Below are positions 53,673-64,000 of a stretch of DNA of 64,000 nucleotides, piece after piece; the first letter of the stretch is position 1, and the number at the start of each line of letters is the position of its first letter. The position numbers and the translations under genes are program-made. The DNA is from Octopus sinensis (taxonomy: Eukaryota), in NCBI RefSeq assembly GCF_006345805.1, contig NC_042998.1, positions 19,034,001 to 19,098,000 on the forward strand, given 5' to 3'. A model generated the notes under the pieces. The model was not told the DNA's origin. It made no database searches and saw nothing but the letters and a program-made list of their open reading frames with translations.

Positions 53673-55635
53673 TATAATAGATAGTAGAACGCGGAGTGCA
53701 TTTGCCAGTTAATTATAGCAACAGAACCATCGAAATAACTTTTTAAAAATATATTTAAAATTTTTCTAATGAGTTATTAAGTTCATTTATATAATAACAA
53801 CCAGATGAAATACGTCTTAAATTTCTCTCGTTATAAATGAGGTAATCCTTTATCAAACAGATACGAAAATTAATGTAACATAATTTTATCTCACCAGAGT
53901 CGGATGCACAGTAATTATATAACCAAGGTTTCCTATACGAGATATTTATTTGATAGCAAATAATGAAAACCAAATTTTATTCTACATATATATATATATA
54001 TATATATATTGAATATGTTATCGTTTTTTGCTTCATTTATTGTTATTATATTTTTTTGTTTTTTATTCAATGTGATTGATTAAAAATTCATAGAAAATGA
54101 GATTAATCTAATTCGCAAACATTTCAAGAGATGATAAAGTGTGTAAACTAATCTACCAATTGATTCCGATATCCTAATAAGTTTGATTTCCGGTTTTGCT
54201 AAATCTTCGTTTGCATATTTATTTCAATTCTTTTATTTATTTTCATATTACTTAAATAATCCACCATTAATGAATAACTTAAAAGCAGCATTTTATTAAT
54301 CTTTCGACGTTAATTTTAGATTTATCTTTGATATTTAGTTTATTTTTATTTTAATACATGTCAGGTGTTCCTAATATAAGTATTTTGTGCCAAAAGTAAA
54401 ATTGAAGCATACATATCGGAGTGGGATGTTAATTCTTAATCAATGATCTACTCATAAAATGGCTTTGAAATTGTATAACTGTAGCGAGCTATGGCGCCGT
54501 TCGAGAGGTTTAATAGCGTTGTAAAAGTTGTTATGCTGTACAGTTAAATATATTCATTCTCAGCTTTGATAAGGAAAGTAGCTCTCCACAGTTATAAATT
54601 CAATTATTTTCTTGTGTGTGCCGTGATGTCGATTTGCGTAAGCGTGTGTCTAGTTATATTTTTCACCGTGTGAATACTCTGGCTGTTTAGTTGAAATTAA
54701 TGTAGGTCTCTTATATAATGTTTACGAGAGATGTGTTTAAATTTTTATTTATTCAAATAGAATATCTGGAAGCGTTTGGGGGTGTGCATGCGTGTGCGTA
54801 TGTCGAATTATGAGCTTAGGTATAATGTTGAACGGATTGGGTCATGTTATTTTAAGTGTGTTTTTGGCGGGGAAATATTTGTTAGCAGAAGTTTCTAGCC
54901 TTATGAAAATTAGAGACAGAACTTAAGCAAAAGCCTGGTAGGCTGCACTTGAATAATAGCTGGTAAGTGATGGCGCTACACAAGATATTATTTTATATGA
55001 GTATAAGGGTATGTTATTATGTGTGTGCGTGTAATATTTTCAATTCCAAACATTCTCAATGGGGGCCATATGGCTCCCGGGAGGGCATTTAGAACTCGAG
55101 TGGGGCGTTTTGGAACAAAGGGGCACTAGGCAAGGGGCCTTAAGAGACTTGGTTGGAGCTGGAAGATCCTCAACTTAGGTAAGTCTAATTTGAAATGAAC
55201 GAATAGTAGCCATATTTTCACATCTCTGCAACAGTCAGTTTAAAAAGCCATGCCTTTTTCTTTCAAATTTTCAAAAATTTTCAAAACATTTTTTCCACTT
55301 TGACGACACCAAGCAAATTCCTAGTACCATGCAGAAATATGATGTTAGCACGAGCTAAAAACATTCATAACTTCTTTATTCTGAAAGAATTTTCATAAAA
55401 GGTTTCCGATTCTATCTTCGAATATGCACCCCGCCCCGATTTTTGTTTTTAATTCGTGATTTTAAAATACGGATAATCCGAATCTAGCATGTGTTCCTCT
55501 TTATGATTCCAAATGATTTATTAATACCTTAGTGGAAGGAAGTCAGTTGACGGTCTTCAACACTTTTTTCACATAATCCTGGACTTTATATGTGAAATGC
55601 CAGTGGCATGATGCATGTCCATCAGCAATATTAGC

Positions 55636-55757
55636 AGACAGACAGCCATACAGTGGCACGACATATAGTCCAATGAATGTGAAAAATGAAGTTGGAAGAC
55701 AGACAGCCATACAGTGGCACGACATATAGTCCAATGAATGTGAAAAATGAAGTTGGA
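55636..55757 (+). repeat. Perfect 61 bp tandem duplication
   Basis: 55636-55696 is identical to 55697-55757. Confidence 0.95.
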
Positions 55758-58700
55758 AGAGTGGTGAATAAGTTTTGGATACTTGAAACTGTCGTAACAG
55801 ATAGTGTGCCATTTTTATATGTGTATATGTGCGTGTATAAAGATATAATTAAACCAATACGCATACCCCCACGTATATATACATACTTATATATACAAGA
55901 GCGCCTAATGGTGTGAATTCTCTAAAACATTTTTAGGGGCAAACGGTTTTCACAATGAATTCCAATTTAATCGGAATCTACTTTATCTGAAGCATATTTG
56001 CAGATAAGAAATATATAATTTTCTCAAGATTATGAAGAAACAAATCTTTGGGGCGCAACTCTGTATGCCGATACATTTATATGTATACAAGGATGTATAT
56101 AAAACTCTCTAAAAATGTATGTGTGTGTGTGTGTGTGTGTGTATTTGTCTCTGTATGTATCTATACATGTATATTAAAAGTTTCAGAAGATATTAGAATA
56201 ATGGAATAAAAGTCAGTCATAATAAGAGATCTCCCGAAAATCTATTTCCTTAATTTCCAACGTCTGTTTCTTGCACGCATATTTACGCAATTTTGATTTT
56301 GAAGTATTCAAAAATGATTTAGAAATTATAAAGAGAAACGAACAGTAGTTTCGGACATACTGTATTTTAAAACTAAGTGTATGTCATTTTTTTCCCCCAG
56401 AAGTTCGTGGCTTCACAGGAATAAACCTGGAAAGCTGTATCAATATAACCAATTTTCAGATTTATTATTTCTCTTTAAAAAAGGCATATTTTGAGAATGA
56501 AACAAACTAAACCCTGAATAAGAAATGAATGTTTAATATGACAATTTTCAGATTTTTACGTCATTTTAAAGTGGGGCTGATTTTGTGATTCAAAACTAAC
56601 TGAATCCAAATACAATGAATGTCATCCTCTACAATTTGCCACTCATATGAAGTACATAAGTATTTCAACAATTTCTATCAAATACACTTTCTTGAGCGTA
56701 AAAGATCTTCTTCCTGGGTGACAATAACTTATATGTCAGATTGTTGCACAAGTTCTAGCCGTTTTCATAAGGGAAATCGGAAAGGTTTGAAATGATTTCA
56801 TCGGCATTTACTTGTACCAATGAGCACTCTTTCGTTAGACAAAATATTGACCTAAGTGTCACGTAGTGGAAATAAACGCAATTACCAAACTTTCATAAAT
56901 TTATTTGGTTTTTTGTTTTTGCCTTTCTAATTGTACATCTGTACCCCCGATTGCGTACAAGCGCATACGTAAACCGGCGTCCATTATTTTTAATAACTAT
57001 CTGCTGATATCAAAATAAGTAGTGTATTGAAAACTAAAAATCTTTCCTAGGGAGGCCGTTTGTGACTCCAAGAGTCAAAAGGGGGCCTTTGGCCAAAATG
57101 GGTTCAGAACATTTAGTCTATTCTCTTTATGTTGTTTATATCTCTAAACGCGTATATGTAGGCGTAGGGTGAAGCACGTTGTTTTGAATGCTAGTGTTTG
57201 TAATTTCCCTGTTAGTTTATGTGTGTGGTTTTATGAGTGTATGTACATGATTGAAAAAGAATCATCCTTTATGTAACTCAAGGAAAACTATTTTCAGTAG
57301 AGGTTATTATTTTATTTCATTGATAGAAATCACGGTGGTAAAACTGGAGGCAGATATTGTAAAAGATAAAAATATGACTAGGAATAGGAGAGAGAAAAAA
57401 GAGACGGGAAAAGGAGATAGAAGGTGAGGGATGGAGATGAAAATATGTTAAATGTATGAACATTTCATATTCCTCCATCACATTTTCATGTTTTCTACCA
57501 ATAGAATAAATGATGTTCTTTCCATCTCCCATTAACGCATCTTTCAGTCAGTTCCTTCTATCATATTACCTATTCAACCAATTCACAGGAAAACATTTGT
57601 GCATGCATTAACAGTTGTGTATATTGAAGTACATTAAGACGAAATATGAAAACATGCAGAATCATATGTAAAATCAGTTTCGTACTTGCACACACAAACA
57701 CGCAGCTCATATTTTCATGCCTATTGTATTCTTCTACTGTTTACCAGTTCGACTTAATACCTGACCGAAGGCAATAAGGTCACCTTTCCCTCGTCTAAAC
57801 GTTCACACTTAGTCCTTTAATGTAAGACAACTGATAACAACCTGAAAGAAAAACTACCTATTAAGACACATTTCTAAATATTCCTAAATGAGCTTTATTA
57901 ACGATATTTAAGCACTGTATCTCACAATACACTAACACACACGCAATCGTTTTCATGAATTCTCATAATTGTACACGGTAGCATATTTCAACTACACACG
58001 ACCATTCTTCCAGAATTACATACAACATAGACAGAGAAGCGGATGCAATTTGAAGTTCAAAAAACATTATTTTGATATTATCCTAAGTTCAACGGCTGCT
58101 GTATTCTTGGTTTGGATCTGGTTTCGACGAATTTACACCACAGCTCATCCATATTCATTGTCGTATAGGAATTTTATTCACTGTTCGAGCTGTCAAACGA
58201 TCTCAATATCACATCTTCTATCCCAGCTGAAGCTGATTCTTGCCAAATTTGAGAATACTTTAAAGATTATGATGTTTCTAAGATACAATATGATTTCTAT
58301 ATCTCTATGAACGAACAGATTATGTAACACTAAGGCAAAGGATGAGAAATCTACAGATTTGAAACTGATTTGCAGATTATAACGTTATGTCGGATTTGCT
58401 AGAGTGACTTTTTCACAGAGATTTCTCAAGTTCCCTTCCGCATTTATAGATTACAGCCAGATTACAGCTAATCTCAAAATCTAATCTACATATGGCAGTA
58501 AAAATGAAAAGGGCACATTCTAATATCTATTCAAATATGGCAAAGAACACAAACATGCGAGAATGATATACTACTAGTTGTACATTGCAAGAAAGATATT
58601 ATTCTAAGGAATCTGCACGAACCATAAGAGAACTTTAATACTGAGACGGAGATATTCAGCTTCTACACACATGCGAGAGGAAATTTGTATTCAGACGCGA

Positions 58701-59637
58701 GACACAGTAACATAAACGCCTTTCCTCTTACGGCAAGTATTTGTCTTACCCTGTTTACACTTGGACGCAGAAATCTTTCTTATATATTTCTGAAGTACTC
58801 CCAGAAGTTTGAGTTTAGAAAAATAAATAAACATCTTTTGTTTTTTCTGGGCCCACCTCCTGTGTTTTGGTCATTTTCGCATCTTCCTCCGTTTCAAGTA
58901 GCCACAGATATCTACATATTGGGAAAAATACAGCAGATCCTTCACAAGACCGATCGTGTTGTTGTGTGTTTCACAACACATGTGATAAATGTGTGTAAGT
59001 GAGACTGTGCAGTTTTCAATAAAATTGCAATAGTCGCCAGACAGATAATTCTCAACCCAGGTCCAGGAGCCAATTTCCTATCTCACACTATATTGAAATT
59101 TACACATGAATACTACGAATAGAGAGAGAGAGAGAGAGAAAGAGGCAGAGACAGACAGTTAGAAAGAAGAGAGAGACCGAGAGAAAGAGAGAAGAAGTAC
59201 GGATACACATAAATGTTATATGTGGAAAATATTCCTATTCATCATATCTATATTTTTTCGCCTGGGAAAAATTCGGAAATAAAATTTCAATGGAAAGCTA
59301 GTCGTTACCAATATATTTCTTAAAATTTAATACTTTTCTATCTCATTAATAATTCGCATCTATATCCCAATGTATAAAAGCAGTAATTTAATTTCAACAA
59401 ATTCTAAGTATATATATATATATACGCACGCGCATGGACGAGCGTGTATGTTTGTTTTTTTGTGTGTATGTGTGTGTGCCTCTCTCTCTCTGTGTATATG
59501 TGTGTGTATGTGTGTGTTTACATTCTGTGTTTTCAATGTGTGTTGAAAAAATTGCAATGTGCTTTACAAATATTTTGTATCGGTATCGGCTACCAAATTC
59601 TGACATGCAATTGAGACTTTTCGTGTCACTGACTATA

Positions 59638-59717
<80 letters not shown>

Positions 59718-59976
59718 ATGTGTGTGTGTGTGTGTGTGTGTTGAGAATATATACGTATGTATATGTAAATACTGAGTATCACATGCATACGTACCAGTAA
59801 TTTATATAATAGAAAAAGAACGGCTTGTTACAGCCTATTTTGTCAACCGGTAGATACAGTACGTTATTCTCGTTAAAGAGTTTATAAGAAGAGTAATAAT
59901 AAGTGCAAAATAGGAGTAAGCAATAGAGTTTGAGAGGAGTACAACTTTGCAGAAAGGAAAAGGTATATGAAAGGGA

Positions 59977-60020
<44 letters not shown>

Positions 60021-60208
60021 TATATATATAATAATGATAAATATTAGGGAATTAATCCAAAATTACAGGGAAAAATCAGATTTAGGGTTAAATCCAATTT
60101 TATAGTAAAATATTATATAATATAATTCGAGACAAAACCACTATTTTAAAATCAAACAAGGAAAGACTTAATCAATACATAAAATTTTAATATAAATTAA
60201 ATAAACCG

Positions 60209-60252
60209 CCACTACAATTGTTTCCTGTCTGCTACTGACATTCTTCAGGTGG
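60209..60252 (-). ncRNA. Minimal type I hammerhead ribozyme (same family as 36654)
   Basis: Minus strand: CCAC-CTGAAGA-A-TGTC agtagca GACA-G-GAAAC-AATT-GTA-GTGG. Confidence 0.75.
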
Positions 60253-60336
60253 ATTTTCGATCTAAAAATATCAATATTTTAAAATATAATTTAAAATAAT
60301 AAAATTATCAATGAAAGAATATAAAAATAAAAATAA

Positions 60337-63300
60337 AAATATATAATCTATATATAATCTATATATAATCTATATATAATCAATATATAATCTAAAATAA
60401 TCTAAAATAAACCCTATAAACAATTGAATATAAAAAAACCTATTATTAAAGTTCTCATATTTAAAGATGTACAAAAACCAAAAAACAACAAGCAAAAAAC
60501 AAAAAACAAACAACAAAAAACAAAAAACAAAAAACAAAAAATAAACTATATATACACACACATGCTCATACACTCAACACATTACTTATTCATACTTCCT
60601 CACACACACATAAAACACTCATTCATAAACAATATACATATACCCGCTCACACATACATATACATACAGAACACGATATATACCAATATATAAACACCCG
60701 CACCCATACAGATAAATAAATTACGCAAACAATCACACACACCCACACACACATTCACACATACATAAACGCTCAAAAGAAAACCGAACAATTCTTTGCA
60801 CGTGGATATCAAACGTTTTAAAAAAATTATGAATGGAAATGAAATCCATACATACAAGTATAAATATAACGATACAACCCCTAACACAATACACACAAAT
60901 ACACACACATATATACACACACCCACAAACATAACCATATACACACTCACACATACATATACATACGTACAAAACTCGATACAGGCAATCTTTAATAAAA
61001 CGACCATGATAAACGAAAACTCATATATATATTACTATATATATAAAAATGAGTGTGTACACGCAGACGGGTGCAATCACACGCACATTCAAAACTTACA
61101 TGTATACAAGTGCATAAATAATCACACCCAATTACATAGCACTCATACACTCTCACATCTACACTTACACTTGTACACACGCACACATACATACACACCC
61201 ATACCTACATACAAAAATTCTTATTAAAATAATCATGATAAATAAAATCCATACATACAAGTATAAATATAAAGATACAACCCCTTACACAATACACACA
61301 AATACACATACATATATACACACACCCACAAACATAACCATATACACACTCACACATACATATACATACGTACAAAACTCGATACAAACAAATACGCACA
61401 CGCACACACATTCACACATACATAAACATACAAAAGAAAAACAACATTTCTACACATAATACGATATATAAAATACTCCATAAGTAATCAGATTATCATA
61501 AGTAACAAGATTAACATAATGAGAAAAAAATAGACATACCTTCTAATCAGTATCAAATTATGAAGTGAATTTAAACTCTATCCGTTATTACAATAAACAA
61601 AATTACGTTACCATGGAACCGAACATATAAAAATTATTTGCGCTACGTAAACGAGCGTCATTAAAATTATGAATGGAATATAAAATTCTTTGCGCGTAGT
61701 AAACGAACGTAAATTAAAAAATTATGAATGGAATAAACAAAACTTTCTACAAATTCTTTAAAAAAACAACCACTGGACTTAGTAAGTACATTTGGAGACT
61801 TAAATCACAAAATATTAATTATAGTTTAAATTGGGAAATAATTTGTAAAACTAAATCATATACTATAGGAGCGAATTGTTGTTATTTATGCTCTAATGAG
61901 TTTAAAGAAATTATATTTCATAAGTATGATAATTTACTTAATATAGGTGAAGAGCGCAAAATAAAATGTAGACATAGATTACATTACCTATATAATAGGT
62001 TCCATGATAAATAAAATTAATAGCCCCCTATTAAAGGTTACTTTAGATTAATTTGTTTTTAGTTTAGAGTACCATATATATATATTTTTAGTTATATAGT
62101 TTAGGCTTTAATTATAGTTAGTATTTAATTGGTATTTCTTTGTTTTGTATTTACTTAATATTTTATTGAGTGTGGGAATGAATATTAGTGTATATATCGA
62201 GTTTTGTACGTATGTATATGTATGTGTGAGTGTGTATATGGTTATGTTTGTGGGTGTGTGCATATATGCGTGTGTATTTGTGTGTATTGTGTATGAAACG
62301 GGTTTTATCTTTATCTTTATATTTGTATGTATGGATTTCATTTATCATGATTAGTTTAATAAGAATTTTGTATGTAGGTATGGGTGTGTATGTATGTGTG
62401 CGTGTGTACAAGTGTAAGTATAGATGCGGGAGTGTATGAGTGCTATGTAATTGAGTGTGATTATTTATGCACTTGTATACATGCAAGTTTTGAAAGTGCG
62501 TGTGATTGCACCCGTCTGCGTGTACACACTCATTTATATATATATATTAATATCTATATGAGTTTTCGTTTATTATGGTTGTTTTATTAAAGTATTTGTA
62601 GAAAGTTTTGTTTATTCCATTCATAATTTTTTAATTTACGTTCGTTTACTACGCGCAAAGAATTTTATATTCCATTCATAATTTTAATGACGCTCGTTTA
62701 CGTAGCGCAAATAATTTTTATATGTTCGGTTCCATGGTAACGTAATTTTGTTTATTGTAATAACGGATAGAGTTTAAATTCACTTCATAATTTGATACTG
62801 ATTAGAAGGTTTGTCTATTTTTTTCTCATTATGTTAATCTTGTTACTTATGATAATCTGATTACTTATGGTGTATTTTATATATCGTATTATGTGTAGAA
62901 ATGTTGTTTTTCTTTTGTATGTTTATGTATGTGTGAATGTGCGTGCATGTGCGTATTTGTTTGTATCGAGTTTTGTACGTATGTATATGTATGTGTGAGT
63001 GTGTATATGGTTATGTTTGTGGGTGTGTGTATATATGTATGTGTATTTGTGTGTATTGTGTAAGGGGTTGTATCTTTATATTTATACTTGTATGTATGGA
63101 TTTTATTTATCATGATTATTTTAATAATAATTTTTGTATGTAGGTATGGGTGTGTATGTATGTGTGCGTGTGTACAAGTGTAAGTGTAGATGTGAGAGTG
63201 TATGAGTGCTATGTAATTGGGTGTGATTATTTATGCACTTGTATACATGTAAGTTTTGAATGTGCGTGTGATTGCACCCGTCTGCGTGTACACACTCATT

Positions 63301-64000
63301 TTATATATATATTAATATATATATGAGTTTTCGTTTATCATGGTCGTTTTATTAAAGATTGTTTGTATCGAGTTTTGTACGTATGTATATGTATGTGTGA
63401 GTGTGTATATGGTTATGTTTGTGGGTGTGTGTATATATGTGTGTGTATTTGTGTGTATTGAGTTAGGGGTTGTATCGTTATATTTATACTTGTATGTATG
63501 GATTTCATTTCCATTCATAATTTTTTTAAAACGTTTGATATCCACGTGCAAAGAATTGTTCGGTTTTCTTTTGAGCGTTTATGTATGTGTGAATGTGTGT
63601 GTGGGTGTGTGTGATTGTTTGCGTAATTTATTTATCTGTATGGGTGCGGGTGTTTATATATTGGTATATATCGTGTTCTGTATGTATATGTATGTGTGAG
63701 CGGGTATATGTATATTGTTTATGAATGAGTGTTGTATGTGTGTGTGAGGAAGTATGAATAAGTAATGTGTTGAGTGTATGAGCATGTGTGTGTATATATA
63801 GTTTATTTTTTGTTTTTTGTTTTTTTGTTTTTTGTTGTTTGTTTTTTGTTTTTTGCTTGTTGTTTTTTGGTTTTTGTACATCTTTAAATATGAGAACTTT
63901 AATAATAAGTTTTTTTATATTCAATTGTTTATAGGGTTTATTTTAGATTATTTTAGATTATATATTGATTATATATAGATTATATATAGATTATATATTT
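60337..64000. repeat. Large inverted repeat, ~1.42 kb arms (60337-61760 / 62588-64000+) built of ~390 bp modules
   Basis: Arms are reverse complements with scattered substitutions; a further module copy lies at ~62170-62590. Confidence 0.95.
61760..62014 (+). CDS. 5'-truncated Penelope-like GIY-YIG endonuclease C-terminus
   Basis: TGLSKYIWRLKSQNINYSLNWEIICKTKSYTIGANCCYLCSNEFKEII..LLNIGEERKIKCRHR fits the PLE pattern T.LSKYIW.LK...Y...W.I.....Y.....C.LC..EK..I...LN.R.E...CRH. Confidence 0.75.
   Translation, partial: KKTTTGLSKYIWRLKSQNINYSLNWEIICKTKSYTIGANCCYLCSNEFKEIIFHKYDNLLNIGEERKIKCRHRLHYLYNRFHDK

Noticed and set aside
55636-55757. CRISPR-like repeat
   Set aside because: Two abutting copies with no spacer, no cas genes, eukaryotic context.
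55045-57110. Possible hAT-like MITE ends
   Set aside because: Termini too degraded, no target duplication, linkage of the two ends unsupported.
58895-59000. Possible exon ending at GT|GTAAGT
   Set aside because: No clear acceptor or recognisable peptide.

Overview
AT-rich, microsatellite-dense eukaryotic DNA with no intact host gene that I can support. The SINE families and (TA)n/(CA)n content resemble octopus (cephalopod) genomic DNA; this is from recall and not verified. Nearly all ORFs in the supplied track are translations of microsatellites. Recognisable content is (i) decayed transposons: a Gypsy integrase scrap, several mariner copies, CR1/L2-type and R4/Dong-type LINE pieces, a Helitron-like element, three tRNA-derived SINE families and Penelope-like (PLE) remnants; (ii) a nested ~4 kb-period tandem duplicon at 1-17 kb carrying two unidentified coding remnants; (iii) many inverted repeats, including a ~1.4 kb-arm foldback at 60.3-64 kb around a GIY-YIG fragment. 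The most interesting signal is a set of minimal type I hammerhead ribozyme motifs in PLE-type repeats (6979, 26760, 30381, 36654, 43702, 60209). All keep a self-complementary stem III, through different sequences. One has the core C3-G8 pair swapped to G3-C8 and two have U4C. Activity is untested.
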